From the NCBI GenBank assembly GCA_043811375.1, contig JBDRNJ010000084.1, positions 32,001 to 96,000 on the forward strand: 64,000 nt of DNA, given 5' to 3'. The stretch comes from a bacterium. Its GTDB lineage: Bacteria; Zixibacteria; MSB-5A5; GN15; FEB-12. The translations under genes and the position numbers were made by a program. Positions 46,565 through 57,052 of the stretch are shown here, piece by piece (the stretch's first letter is position 1; every line of letters starts with the position of its first letter). The notes under the pieces are model-generated. The model saw only the letters and a program-made list of their open reading frames with translations. It did not search any database and was not told the DNA's origin.

Positions 46565-47530
46565 TCATTTCGTGTTCTTCAGCTTGCGCCATAGAGTCGC
46601 CTGGCTGATCCCCAGAATTTTCGCCGCCCGGGTACGGTGCCCTCCGGTTGCTTTCAACACGGTCCTGATGTAATCCATTTCGATTTCTCCCAAACTCCGT
46701 AATGGCGTCGAGTCAGGAGATTGGTATTGACTGCTGAAATCCAGCAAATGCGGCGGCAGGTGCTCCAGCTTGATACCACCGGTTCCGCTGAGAACAGCAG
46801 CCCGCTCAATGGCATTTTCAAGTTCTCGCACGTTGCCGGGCCAGTGATAGGTCTGGAAGCGTTGACGACAGGAATCATCGAGACGCAGGCTGGGGATGCC
46901 TAACCTCGCGGAGAGCTTCCGTATCAAATACTCCGTTAGCGGCAGGATGTCTTGCGGTCGATCACGGAGAGACGGCACGACAATCTCAATCACGCGCAGC
47001 CGATAGAGAAGGTCTTCGCGAAACCTGCCTTCCGTGACAGCCTGCTCCAGATTGCGATTGGTAGCTGCAATGACACGAGTATCGACCTTACGAGGAATGT
47101 TTTCACCAATACGAAGAATCTCCCGTTCCTGGAGCACACGAAGCAACTTCACCTGGGTGGACAGGCTGATGTCTCCAATTTCGTCCAGTAGAATAGTACC
47201 TCTGGCCGCCTGCTCGAACAGGCCGGTACGATCCCGCACCGCCCCGGTGAAAGAACCCATTCGATGTCCGAACAACTCACTTTCCAGGAGAGTCTCCGGG
47301 AGCGCCCCACAGTTGATGGAAAGCATGGAATACTTGGACCGAGGAGATGCGCCGTGGATGTAACGGGCAATCACTTCTTTCCCGACGCCGGTCTCACCCG
47401 TTATAAGAATCGAAGTATCGAACGCCGCAACCTTGCCGGCCATTTCCAAAGTGCGTTGGAAGGCTTCGCTGGGTACGGCGGCAAGAAACCGCCGGGAGAC
47501 CCCTGATGGTGGTTTGGTATTGGTTGTCAT
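46565..47530 (-). CDS. Sigma54-dependent enhancer-binding protein (AAA+ and Fis HTH) with no N-terminal regulatory domain
   Basis: GETGVGKE, ESELFGH, GSFTGA, LLDEIG, RFREDL-x-YRL, WPGNVREL and C-terminal AAKILGISQATLWRKL. Only about 15 aa precede the AAA+ domain. Confidence 0.92.
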   Translation of the reverse strand: MTTNTKPPSGVSRRFLAAVPSEAFQRTLEMAGKVAAFDTSILITGETGVGKEVIARYIHGASPRSKYSMLSINCGALPETLLESELFGHRMGSFTGAVRDRTGLFEQAARGTILLDEIGDISLSTQVKLLRVLQEREILRIGENIPRKVDTRVIAATNRNLEQAVTEGRFREDLLYRLRVIEIVVPSLRDRPQDILPLTEYLIRKLSARLGIPSLRLDDSCRQRFQTYHWPGNVRELENAIERAAVLSGTGGIKLEHLPPHLLDFSSQYQSPDSTPLRSLGEIEMDYIRTVLKATGGHRTRAAKILGISQATLWRKLKNTK

Positions 47531-47592
47531 TGGCAAATCCCTGGTTCTATTGTCGAAGTCAAGTAACTCTCATAGCCCATATATATATAAGC

Positions 47593-47645
47593 TTTCAATA
47601 TGCAATCACTATATTTCAATATAATATCATCATAATTAATGTCAA
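47593..47645. promoter_or_regulatory. Candidate activator binding sites overlapping the activator's own sigma70 promoter
   Basis: TTTCAATAT repeated 21 bp apart (47593 and 47614); the first forms the pseudo-palindrome TTTCA-ata-TGCAA. Minus-strand TTGACA-16-TATATT at 47645-47618. Confidence 0.45.
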
Positions 47646-47702
47646 GCAATGATACCCCCCATAGGTCGTTGGATTACAGTGACATATATTATTGTTCAAT
47701 GT

Positions 47703-47719
47703 TTGGCAACTATTTTGCT
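47703..47719 (+). promoter_or_regulatory. Sigma54 (-24/-12) promoter
   Basis: TTGGCAACTATTTTGCT, with GG (47705-6) and GC (47717-8) separated by exactly 10 nt. Confidence 0.75.
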
Positions 47720-47800
47720 TACGCTGCATACTGATGACATAATGGAGAAGGACTTAAAGTAATCTTATGGTCGAAAGACAAATGGACAATCGAGCTACGA

Positions 47801-49483
47801 ATGACTAACGGATTGGCACATATGATGGGTACCGGCAAAACGCTGCGCTGGCGGATAGTGGCAGTGCTTCTGGTGGCGGCTTTATTGCCCTTGTCCCTGG
47901 CGGGTTTCGGCTCCTGGGTTGTTTTCGGCAAGTTGTTGGAAGAGAAGTCACGGGAAATCATGCGAACACTCGTTCAGAGTCACGGGAAAGCCATCGAAGC
48001 CCACCTGGAGGAACGGATTCATTTGCTCCAGTTAGCCGCAGAGTCGAATTCGCTGACAGAGATCAGCGATCCAAAACAATTGCGTCAACTGCTGGCTGAT
48101 CTCAACAGTTCGAGCAACAAGGGTTTCGTTGATCTCGGTGTTTTCAACTCTGAGGGAGATCATGTCGGATACGTGGGACCATATTCACTTCAAGGTCTGA
48201 ATTACCGTGAAACGGAATGGTTCAAAGAAGTGATAGTCTCGGATGCCTATGTCAGTGACGTTTTTCCTGGATTCAGGCAGGTACCGCACTGCATCGTGGC
48301 TGTGAAGAAGACCACCGCTGAAGGTGAATCCTGGATTCTCAGGGCAACCATAAATAGTGAACAGTTTGACCGGCTGGTGCAGACGAGTGAACTGGGGTAT
48401 GGCAGCGACATCTATATTTTGAACCGTGAGGGATTTTATCAGACGACACCGAGAAGCGGGACACTTCTTGAACGGGCGCCGGGATCCTTGAGTGACATCC
48501 ATTCCGGGGTGAGGGAAGAGCGCGTTAATATCGAAGGCTCGGAGGGGATCAGAGCAACCACATGGATTAATGACAACCGTTGGCTGCTGGTAGCTCGACA
48601 GGACCTGGCGGCCGTTCAGGCACCGGTCGATCAAGCGATAGCAGATGGAGCTTTGGTGGTGGCGGTGGCGATAGTGCTCCTGATTGTCACGGCGTTTCTT
48701 GCAACCTGGCACCTGACAGGTCGGATCAACAAGGCCAATGCCGAGCGAGAGGAAATGTCAAGGGCGTTTATCCGGTCAGCGAAGCTGGCCTCAATTGGTG
48801 AACTGGCTACCGGTCTGGCCCATGAGATCAATAATCCGCTGGCGATCATCAGCGCCGAGCAAACAAATATCTCCGATTTACTATCAGATTCAGAATACCC
48901 CACACAGATGCGAGAAGAGACACTTGAGTCAATCCAGCGATGCAAGACACAGATCCAGCGCTGTGCGAATATCACCGGCAAGATGCTTCAGTTCGGTCGT
49001 AAACGCGAGTCCCAGGTAGAACCCACGGACATCAGACCGCGTCTTTCCGACACTATTCGTCTTCTGGAACGTCGTGCCTTCGTGCGAAATGTGAAAATAC
49101 GGAGTGAGATCGAGGATGACCTTCCTCGAGCCCTGGTCGATCCCGTGGAACTTGAACAGGTAATCGTCAACCTGATCAACAATTCCATCGATGCCATGCC
49201 ACAGGGTGGAACAATCACAGTCATGGCCGGCATGGAAGAGAACAGGCTGCATTTGCAGGTAGCAGACAGCGGTACCGGCATCCCGCAAGAAGACCTGGAG
49301 CGGGTCTTTGAGCCGTTTTTTACCACCAAACCGGTTGGCCGGGGTACCGGTTTGGGGCTTTCGGTTTGCTATGGCATGGTGCAGTCATGGGGTGGCAGTT
49401 TGAAAGCTGAGAGCGAACAGGGAAAAGGTACCGCCATGCACATCATGCTGCGGTCAGAGCCACCTGGGAAAGACCATAGTTAG
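47801..49483 (+). CDS. Membrane sensor histidine kinase (Cache-like sensor, NtrB-type)
   Basis: Two TM helices, H-box LAHEINNPL, N-box QVIVNLINNS, DSGTGI and FEPFFTTK...GTGLGLS. Confidence 0.93.
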   Translation: MTNGLAHMMGTGKTLRWRIVAVLLVAALLPLSLAGFGSWVVFGKLLEEKSREIMRTLVQSHGKAIEAHLEERIHLLQLAAESNSLTEISDPKQLRQLLADLNSSSNKGFVDLGVFNSEGDHVGYVGPYSLQGLNYRETEWFKEVIVSDAYVSDVFPGFRQVPHCIVAVKKTTAEGESWILRATINSEQFDRLVQTSELGYGSDIYILNREGFYQTTPRSGTLLERAPGSLSDIHSGVREERVNIEGSEGIRATTWINDNRWLLVARQDLAAVQAPVDQAIADGALVVAVAIVLLIVTAFLATWHLTGRINKANAEREEMSRAFIRSAKLASIGELATGLAHEINNPLAIISAEQTNISDLLSDSEYPTQMREETLESIQRCKTQIQRCANITGKMLQFGRKRESQVEPTDIRPRLSDTIRLLERRAFVRNVKIRSEIEDDLPRALVDPVELEQVIVNLINNSIDAMPQGGTITVMAGMEENRLHLQVADSGTGIPQEDLERVFEPFFTTKPVGRGTGLGLSVCYGMVQSWGGSLKAESEQGKGTAMHIMLRSEPPGKDHS

Positions 49484-49493
49484 GAGGTTCCTG

Positions 49494-50351
49494 ATGCAAG
49501 GAAATAACAAGAAAAACAGAGTCCTGCTGGTCGATGACGAAGAGGATTTCCTGACGGCGTCTTCACAGGCGTTGCACCGAAGGGGTCTGGATGTCGATGT
49601 GGCTCCCAATGGCGTAACCGCCCTGGAGATGGTGGACAAGACGCAATATGATGTCGTCGTGCTGGATGTCAAGATGCCCGACATCGACGGCATCGAAGTG
49701 TTTCGTATCATTCACGAAAAACACCCCGGCTTGCCGGTGATCCTGCTGACCGGCCACTCATCCATTGATGACGCTTTTCAGACATCAAAGGACGGCATTG
49801 CCGATTACCTGTCCAAACCGATAGATATGGACGACATGGCGGCGCGTATTCACGAAGTGGTGAAAGAGTACGATCAAAGGAGCAAACCGGATACGGAGCC
49901 ACCCGTGACGTTGGATTCCTCCCAAACCGTGCGAGTAATGCTCATCGATGATGAAGTCGAGTTCCTGGAATCACTGAGCAGAGTACTGGAACGTCGCCAT
50001 ATGGAAGTGATTACAGCCGAATGCGGCGACCTAGGTCTTAAGCTTCTGAAAGAATGTCTGGTTGATGTATTAGTGCTTGACGTAAAGATGCCGGGGATGG
50101 ACGGGCTTGAGGTGCTGAGGTTAATAAGGAGGGACTACCCCAGTGTCCAGGTGATAATGCTCACCGGTCACCCGACCTACAACGCCGCCCTGGAGGCGAT
50201 CAAGCTGGGCGCACATGAGTATTTGAAGAAACCGCCGGATATCCAGGTATTGGCTGCGACCATCCGCAGCTTGTACGAGAATCGACAGGAAGTAATCACC
50301 CGGCAGCAAAAGAAACTGATTGAGGATATTCGCCGACGCTATCCGGATTGA
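49494..50351 (+). CDS. Tandem receiver (REC-REC) response regulator with no output domain
   Basis: Two sets of VLLVDDE / LDVKMP / LTGH / KP motifs. Confidence 0.92.
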   Translation: MQGNNKKNRVLLVDDEEDFLTASSQALHRRGLDVDVAPNGVTALEMVDKTQYDVVVLDVKMPDIDGIEVFRIIHEKHPGLPVILLTGHSSIDDAFQTSKDGIADYLSKPIDMDDMAARIHEVVKEYDQRSKPDTEPPVTLDSSQTVRVMLIDDEVEFLESLSRVLERRHMEVITAECGDLGLKLLKECLVDVLVLDVKMPGMDGLEVLRLIRRDYPSVQVIMLTGHPTYNAALEAIKLGAHEYLKKPPDIQVLAATIRSLYENRQEVITRQQKKLIEDIRRRYPD

Positions 50352-50428
50352 ACCGGGGGAGGTGGCGACGGACGGCAGTGAATTTGAAGAGCAATCAACA
50401 ACCTGTAGTGGAGATGGGGTAGGAACCG

Positions 50429-52276
50429 ATGGCAGATAATCCTGCAGCCAAGCTTTCTGCTTATGACAAGTACATTGACTATAAGCGGTTCGGAATTGCA
50501 GTCGCTCTCTTTGTGATTATCCTGATAGCTCCCATCCCCGGAAGCATGTTGGATGTAGCCGTGGAATATCAAATGGGTGAAACCTACGTGCTTGACTTCT
50601 ACTCTCAGGAGTTGTTCGACAAGCCGTTCAAGGATGTTGAACAGTGGCAGGTGGTGGCCGTACGAGCGTTTGAGGGGTGTATGGTACAGGGAGTCTCCCG
50701 CAAGGAAACAGTGCTCAAGCGAGGCGCTGAAGAACTGCGGAAGATGGGAATCACGGGTCATAAAGAACACTACGCAAAATACCGTACCCTCCTGGAGTCT
50801 CTGGATGAGGCCAGGGTGAGAGAATTACTTCTGCAGGGCCGCAGTCTGAGGCACGAGAGACTCACCTACACCATGCTGTCGCCGCAGCAGCAGGAAAAAG
50901 TGGACAAGGCCGCCCGGCAGATCCGTGTTTGCATTGCGATGGTGGCGTTCGTGGTAGCCTGCTTTGTAACCGAGGCCATCCCCTTACCCGGGGTAGCTTT
51001 CTGTATCGGTCTGATCCTGGTATTTTCCGGGGTTGTTTCACGGCGCGAGGTGGCCCAGATGTTCTGGTCCGACGCCTGCTGGTTTATCATGGGCAGCCTG
51101 ATGTTCGCGGCCGCGTTCGTCAAGACCGGAGTCGACAAACGCATTTGCCTATTGATTTTCCGTTATCTGGCCAAACCCAGCGTTCGCTGGGTTACAGCCA
51201 TCATGATCTTAGTGATCGCACCTTCGGCTTCGTTTATCTCAGATCATGCCCTGGCGGCGATTTTCTTACCGATCGGGCTAATTCTGTATCACAACAGTCT
51301 CTCGAGCAAGATTCCCGAAGACAGAGAACTGGCCAAGATGATGATGATTACGATCGCCATGGCCTGCAATATCGGGGGATTCGGCTCACCCTCCGGTGGC
51401 GCCCGCAACGTGATCATGATGACATACATGGAAGACATGTTCGGGATTACCGTAGGCTACGCCCAATGGATTCTCTACGGGATGCCCTTCGTGCTCATTA
51501 TGATGCCACTCCTCTGGATAGTAATCAACTGGCGTTTCAAGCCTAAAATACTCGACTTGCGCCCGGCCCTGGACTCACTGAAAAAAGACATCGGTCACAT
51601 GGGAGGCTGGAGCCGAAAGCAGATCATCGCGGTCGCTATATTCGCGGTGATGTTGTTAGGGTGGATAACGGAGAAGAATATCCTTATGGATCTGATCGGA
51701 ATCCGTCTGGGTATTGGAGTAATCGCGGTGGCCGGAGCGGTGGCTTATTTGCTGTGCGGAGTCGTTAACTGGCGTGATTACCAGGAAAAAGTGGACTGGG
51801 GTGTTGTCTGGCTCTATGCCGGAGCGATCATCTTTGGCCGGGTACTCGATCAGACCGGGAGTGCTTACTGGATGGCTCGCTCGGTGGTGGAGGGCCTGGC
51901 GGAGGTAGGTGTCAATGCCGGTGCTGCGCTTCTTGGTACGGGCAGCCTGGTAACGGCGGTGATGACAAATCTGATGGCGGATGGCCCGGCGGCAGCAGCG
52001 GTAGGACCGATTACGCTGAACATGGCTGCGATCGCCAACCCCGGAACAACCTTGGTGCCGTTCATTGGGCTCGCCACCGCCTGTGCCTCATCATTTGCGT
52101 ATCTGCTGGTAATCGGCACCCCGCCCAACGCTATAGTCTATTCGAGTGGTTATCTTGCAGCCAAGGATTTCCTGCGGGTGGGGATAATCTGCCTCGTTTT
52201 AGCTTTCGTGATTCTGTTGTTGCTCAGTATGTTTTACTGGCCACTGCTTGGTTTTAGTGGATTGCCGTCCGCATAA
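50429..52276 (+). CDS. DASS/SLC13 family anion permease
   Basis: TEAIPL, ACNIGGFGSPSGGARN, VDWG and IGTPPNAIVY, many TM helices and a large hydrophilic insert near the N-terminus. Confidence 0.9.
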   Translation: MADNPAAKLSAYDKYIDYKRFGIAVALFVIILIAPIPGSMLDVAVEYQMGETYVLDFYSQELFDKPFKDVEQWQVVAVRAFEGCMVQGVSRKETVLKRGAEELRKMGITGHKEHYAKYRTLLESLDEARVRELLLQGRSLRHERLTYTMLSPQQQEKVDKAARQIRVCIAMVAFVVACFVTEAIPLPGVAFCIGLILVFSGVVSRREVAQMFWSDACWFIMGSLMFAAAFVKTGVDKRICLLIFRYLAKPSVRWVTAIMILVIAPSASFISDHALAAIFLPIGLILYHNSLSSKIPEDRELAKMMMITIAMACNIGGFGSPSGGARNVIMMTYMEDMFGITVGYAQWILYGMPFVLIMMPLLWIVINWRFKPKILDLRPALDSLKKDIGHMGGWSRKQIIAVAIFAVMLLGWITEKNILMDLIGIRLGIGVIAVAGAVAYLLCGVVNWRDYQEKVDWGVVWLYAGAIIFGRVLDQTGSAYWMARSVVEGLAEVGVNAGAALLGTGSLVTAVMTNLMADGPAAAAVGPITLNMAAIANPGTTLVPFIGLATACASSFAYLLVIGTPPNAIVYSSGYLAAKDFLRVGIICLVLAFVILLLLSMFYWPLLGFSGLPSA

Positions 52277-52300
52277 TTTGGATTGGTGGAGGAGATATTG

Positions 52301-53179
52301 ATGGATCAGGAATATACCAACCTCAAATTGCTCCTGGTTGACGACGAAGAGGACTTTCGGCGAGCCACTACAGCAGCGCTGACTCGACGGGGTTTCACTA
52401 TAACCGAGACCGCCGATGGAAAAGAAGCCCTGGCGGCAATCAAACATGAGCGGCCGGATATAGTCATACTGGATCTGAAGATGCCGGGAATGAGCGGTAT
52501 CGAAACGCTGCAGGAGATCAGACAGATCGATACTACGCTTCCGGTGATCATTCTTACCGGACATGGTGATCTGGGAGCGGCAATGGCAGGCATCAAGTTG
52601 GATATCGTCGACTTTTTGCAGAAACCGATCGACATGGATCAACTGGCCGGTCGCGTCCGTAATTTGTTGAAACAGGGCGTTGGCAAATCATTGCGAGAGC
52701 AGACTATTGCCGAACTGATGGCTCCGCCATCACGATATCCTCGCCTTTACATCGATCAGCCGGTTTCCGATGCCATCGCTACGCTCCGGGAAACGTTCTA
52801 TCGCCCGACGACGGAAGGCGTCCAACCGCGACAGGTTCGTTCCGCCCTGGTGTTCGACCGATCCGAAAAGTTTTTGGGTTTCATTCGCTTCGTTGACATG
52901 TTGAAGCTTGTATTGCCGCAGTTCCTCGAAGATTCTCCGTACACGACTTTCTTCACAGGAATGTTTCTGGCCCAGATCAAACTGATCGGCAAGCGCAACA
53001 TACACGACCTGATGGATGAATTGGTTTACGTAAACCTTCACGACCCCATCATGAAAGCGGTACATCTAATGGTCCATCACCGTTTGATCAACCTGCCGGT
53101 GATGGATAAAGGAGAATTGGTTGGTGTCCTGCGCGACCGTGATATCATTCTTGAGGTTGCGAAGAGTATGGAATTCTGA
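52301..53179 (+). CDS. Response regulator with a C-terminal CBS pair
   Basis: REC domain (LLVDDE, LDLKMP, KP) followed by CBS motifs (IAELM-x-P, LPVMDKGELVGVL-x-x-x-DI). Confidence 0.88.
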   Translation: MDQEYTNLKLLLVDDEEDFRRATTAALTRRGFTITETADGKEALAAIKHERPDIVILDLKMPGMSGIETLQEIRQIDTTLPVIILTGHGDLGAAMAGIKLDIVDFLQKPIDMDQLAGRVRNLLKQGVGKSLREQTIAELMAPPSRYPRLYIDQPVSDAIATLRETFYRPTTEGVQPRQVRSALVFDRSEKFLGFIRFVDMLKLVLPQFLEDSPYTTFFTGMFLAQIKLIGKRNIHDLMDELVYVNLHDPIMKAVHLMVHHRLINLPVMDKGELVGVLRDRDIILEVAKSMEF

Positions 53180-54513
53180 TGAAACTTCTCTCATTCGGTC
53201 TGACGACGATTTTGGTTGCCGGGAGACTGAGTGGTGCGGTGCTGCCGATGGAATCACGGGCATCGTCGGCCGTGCCCGGCGAACTCCCGGTCGTGGTCGA
53301 TCGGGAAACGATGCCAAATGTAGTTGGCCCATTTCAAGTATTCAACGCCGATAGTAGTGCCGTCCTTCAGCTTCAATTCGTCGGGCAGTTGCGCACCGAT
53401 TGGGAGAGCAAGGACCGGGAACGAGATGACGACCGCGATAACGACCTGTCTATGCAGGCTCGCAGGATCCGCCCCAGCCTGACTCTGAAATTTCCCCAAC
53501 CACGTATCCTGTTTCGCCTGCACCTGAGTACAGCGCCGCGATCCCTGGAACTGATGGATCTCTACTTCAACTATGGTTTTGGTCGTAACCGGCAGTTCCG
53601 GGTCGGGCAGTACAAGATTCCCTTCACGCGCTACCGCATTCAGTCTTTTCAGCGACTGACTTTTGTCGACTGGTCCATCGTAACGAAGTATTTCGGGGCC
53701 GAACGCCAGATGGGATTCTCAATTCACAATGGATATGAGCAGCCGCCCCGATTGGCGTATGTATTTGGCGTTTTCAGTGGTGTTAACGCCCGTGCCTCCC
53801 ATACCGTCGGTTTGTCAAAGATGTATGGCGAGGAGACGGTGAATCCGTCAGACCTGGCCGACTCCGGACCTCGCGCCGAGTTTCATCCCGAATTAGTCGG
53901 GCACTTCTCGTACAATCCCGGTGGCATCCAAGTGAGGTCAGACAGTGACGAAGAGAGAGGCGGGTTGCGTTATAGCTTAGGCATAAGCCTGGCCTGGGAT
54001 CTTGACCCTGTCGATTACCGGGACCTCGCTTTTCGAGCCGCCCCGGAATTGCTGATCAAATATCGGGGTGCTTCGCTTATGAGCGCAGGCTACACCGGAT
54101 TCGTGGAGATAGGCAATTCACTTCGGACACGGCAGGCTATGGCAGGACTGCTGGTACAGACATCGGTCCGTGTTACCCAACGATGCGAACTGTCATTTCG
54201 ATATGCCGTCGTTGATTTCGAAAGGGCTGTTATCGACGACGCTTTTGCGAGGGCGGGGCAATTAATCAGCGAGGCCGAACAGCATCTGGTTGACTCTACC
54301 CTTACCCAACAAGAAGTGGATAATTTGAAAGAACTCTACTGCAATGCCGGCCGAATCCTGAGAGAACAGGAGGTCACCATTGGATTTAATTTCTACATTA
54401 GGGAGCACTCCCTCAAGTGGCAGGGCGATTTCGGCCGGCTCCGGTATTCGCTGAGGGAGGGTGGTACGTTGGACGATATAGTCGCACGCTCACAGTTTCA
54501 GGTAGCCTTTTGA
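53179..54513 (+). CDS. OprO/OprP-like anion-selective porin
   Basis: Signal peptide, RRIR, L-x-D-x-Y, GQYKIPF, LTFVD, R-x-x-G and C-terminal RSQFQVAF. Confidence 0.75.
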   Translation: MKLLSFGLTTILVAGRLSGAVLPMESRASSAVPGELPVVVDRETMPNVVGPFQVFNADSSAVLQLQFVGQLRTDWESKDRERDDDRDNDLSMQARRIRPSLTLKFPQPRILFRLHLSTAPRSLELMDLYFNYGFGRNRQFRVGQYKIPFTRYRIQSFQRLTFVDWSIVTKYFGAERQMGFSIHNGYEQPPRLAYVFGVFSGVNARASHTVGLSKMYGEETVNPSDLADSGPRAEFHPELVGHFSYNPGGIQVRSDSDEERGGLRYSLGISLAWDLDPVDYRDLAFRAAPELLIKYRGASLMSAGYTGFVEIGNSLRTRQAMAGLLVQTSVRVTQRCELSFRYAVVDFERAVIDDAFARAGQLISEAEQHLVDSTLTQQEVDNLKELYCNAGRILREQEVTIGFNFYIREHSLKWQGDFGRLRYSLREGGTLDDIVARSQFQVAF

Positions 54514-54569
54514 GGGTGAGCAGTGTTATGTTTGATAGATCAGGTTCGCAATATGAGGAGTAGCCAACC

Positions 54570-55700
54570 ATGTCAGAAGTGACATACCCTGATAAGGATG
54601 TTGTCGTACTGGAAAGAAAACAGTTCCCAAGCCTCCTTGATGCCCTGACTGATGGCGGGTATGAGCTACTGGGTCCGACCGTCAGAAACAACGCTGTTGT
54701 CTACGATGGGATTCGCACGGTGGATGATCTTCCTATCGGCTGGGCTGACGAGTGCGAAGCCGGCAAGTACCGTCTGGTGAGGAACAAGAAGAAGACGCTT
54801 TTTGGTTACACTACCAGTTCGCATTCCTGGAAAAGGTTCCTTCATCCACCGGTAAACACGCTTTTTGAAGCTAAGCGAGATGGCCGTGGGTTTAAGATCG
54901 TTCAGCAGGAACCGGATCAGGTCAAACGTGCACTGGTTGGGGTACGCTCCTGCGAGATAGCGGCGATAGCCATCCATGACAAGATCTTTACCCGGGGTCC
55001 CTATATCGATCGATCATACCAGGAGCGCTGCAGCAAGCTTTTCATTGTTGCGGTCAACTGTGTACGTGCCGGCGGCACCTGTTTCTGTACGTCAATGGGA
55101 ACGGGCCCGAAAGCCTCCTCGGGCTTTGATCTGAGTCTGACCGAGATGCACGCTTCAAACCGCCACTATTTCCTCATAGAAGTTGGTTCAAAGGCGGGGA
55201 AGAAACTTGTCAACAAACTTCCCGTAAAGGAGGCGAAACCATCAGAGATAGCGGCAGCTCAAAAGGAACTAGACCGCGCAGCGGCAAGCATGGGCCGCAC
55301 CTTGAAAACCGAGCATGTCAGGAAATCGCTACCCGGTAAATTCGATGACCCTCATTGGGAAAAAACAGCCGAGCGATGTCTGTCATGCGGTAACTGTACC
55401 ATGGTCTGCCCCACTTGTTTCTGCACCAACGTTCAGGATGTCACCGATCTTACGGGACAAGAAGCTCAAAGGCAGCGCCGCTGGGATTCCTGTTTCACCC
55501 TGGATTACTCCTATATCCACGGCGGCAGCATACGCAACAGTGTGGCCGCGAGGTACCGGCAGTGGCTGATGCACAAACTGGTGTACTGGCCGGACCAGTT
55601 CGGTATGCTGGGATGTGTCGGATGCGGTCGCTGTATAACCTGGTGCCCGGTCGGCATCGACATCACTGAAGAGACACACCAGTTACTGGGGATGGCATAG
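54570..55700 (+). CDS. hydB: Group 3b hydrogenase Fe-S subunit (sulfhydrogenase beta, AsrA-like)
   Basis: GVRSCE, VNC...TCFC, CLSCGNCTMVCPTCFC, WDSC and GCVGCGRCITWCP. Confidence 0.9.
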   Translation: MSEVTYPDKDVVVLERKQFPSLLDALTDGGYELLGPTVRNNAVVYDGIRTVDDLPIGWADECEAGKYRLVRNKKKTLFGYTTSSHSWKRFLHPPVNTLFEAKRDGRGFKIVQQEPDQVKRALVGVRSCEIAAIAIHDKIFTRGPYIDRSYQERCSKLFIVAVNCVRAGGTCFCTSMGTGPKASSGFDLSLTEMHASNRHYFLIEVGSKAGKKLVNKLPVKEAKPSEIAAAQKELDRAAASMGRTLKTEHVRKSLPGKFDDPHWEKTAERCLSCGNCTMVCPTCFCTNVQDVTDLTGQEAQRQRRWDSCFTLDYSYIHGGSIRNSVAARYRQWLMHKLVYWPDQFGMLGCVGCGRCITWCPVGIDITEETHQLLGMA

Positions 55701-55736
55701 AAACATGGCCCTGGCCATAGAACGAGGATTTCTATT

Positions 55737-56204
55737 ATGAAAGATTTGGAACAGACCCTCAAAGATCATCCATTCCTGAAGGATATGGACACGGAGCATA
55801 TCAAACTGCTGGTTGGTTGTGCTTCGAATGTGGTTTTCAAGGCCGGAGAGTTTGTTTTTCGGGAGGGTGAAGAGGCCAACGCGTTCTACTTCATCAGGCA
55901 CGGAAAGGTTCTCATTGAGACGCATATACCCCAGAAAGGACCCATAATGATTCGCTCGCGGGAAGCAGGGGAAATACTGGGTTGGTCCTGGCTGGTGCCC
56001 CCGTACCGCTGGCATTTCGATGCCCGGGCGGTGGAACTTACCAGAGCTATTGCGCTTGACGGCAAGTGTCTTCGTGAAAAGTGCGAGCAGGATCATGACG
56101 TGGGTTACGAGATAATGAAACGCTTCGTAATGATAATTGCAGAGCGGTTGGAAGCCACCAGACTACAGTTGTTGGATGTATATGGAAACTCAGCAGACAA
56201 ATAA
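55737..56204 (+). CDS. Stand-alone cyclic-nucleotide-binding domain protein (no HTH)
   Basis: F-x-AGE-x-VFREGE, FY-x-I-x-x-G-x-V, GEILGWSWL and a C-terminal helix. Confidence 0.88.
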   Translation: MKDLEQTLKDHPFLKDMDTEHIKLLVGCASNVVFKAGEFVFREGEEANAFYFIRHGKVLIETHIPQKGPIMIRSREAGEILGWSWLVPPYRWHFDARAVELTRAIALDGKCLREKCEQDHDVGYEIMKRFVMIIAERLEATRLQLLDVYGNSADK

Positions 56205-57051
56205 AGGCACGGCAGTCGCAACGCCGGCTGATCCCATGCTGGTAAAACCTTTCAGGGTCAGCCGTGTGCACCGGGAATTGCCTGACACGATTTCTCTCGA
56301 GCTTAAATCACACGATGGTGACACGAACTTCGCATTCTCGCCCGGGCAATTCAACATGTTGTACGCTTATGGCGTCGGCGAAGTCCCGATATCTATATCC
56401 GGTGATCCGGCCAAAGGCGGGACTCTCGTACATACGATTCGTATGGTCGGAGCCGTTACCAGGGCCATCGGCAAGCTCAAACCAGGTGACAGCATTGGTG
56501 TTCGCGGACCTTACGGGAACAGTTGGCCCGTAGAGGAGGCAGTAGGCAATGATGTCGTTCTGGTGACGGGAGGGATCGGCCTGGCCCCCTTGCGCCCGGT
56601 AATCTATCACTTGCTGGCCAACCGTGAAAAATACGGCCGAGTTGTTCTGTTGTACGGCGCGCGCACACCCGAGGAGATTCTTTTCCGAAAGGACCTGGAG
56701 AAATGGCGGTCACGCTTCGATCTTGATATTCACCTTACCGTCGACCGGGCTACCGGATCGTGGCGGGGTAGTGTTGGCGTGGTGACGGTGCTCATCGGAA
56801 GAGCGCCCTTCGATCCGCAGCACTGCACAACACTGGTGTGCGGGCCGGAGATCATGATGCGCTTTACCGCCCTGGAACTGGAGCGGCAGGGTGTCCGGGA
56901 TGAACAGATATATATCTCTATGGAACGCAATATGAAATGCGGCGTAGGCTTGTGCGGGCATTGTCAGATCGGGTCCACCTTCGTATGCAAAGACGGCCCG
57001 GTATACAGACTTGACAAGGTTCGGAGCATCTTTACAAAACGGGAAATGTAA
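56182..57051 (+). CDS. hydG: Group 3b hydrogenase FAD/NAD(P) subunit (sulfhydrogenase gamma, AsrB-like)
   Basis: PGQF-x-[29 protein letters not shown] and [12 protein letters not shown]...VCKDGP. Confidence 0.92.
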   Translation: METQQTNKGTAVATPADPMLVKPFRVSRVHRELPDTISLELKSHDGDTNFAFSPGQFNMLYAYGVGEVPISISGDPAKGGTLVHTIRMVGAVTRAIGKLKPGDSIGVRGPYGNSWPVEEAVGNDVVLVTGGIGLAPLRPVIYHLLANREKYGRVVLLYGARTPEEILFRKDLEKWRSRFDLDIHLTVDRATGSWRGSVGVVTVLIGRAPFDPQHCTTLVCGPEIMMRFTALELERQGVRDEQIYISMERNMKCGVGLCGHCQIGSTFVCKDGPVYRLDKVRSIFTKREM

Positions 57052-57052
57052 C

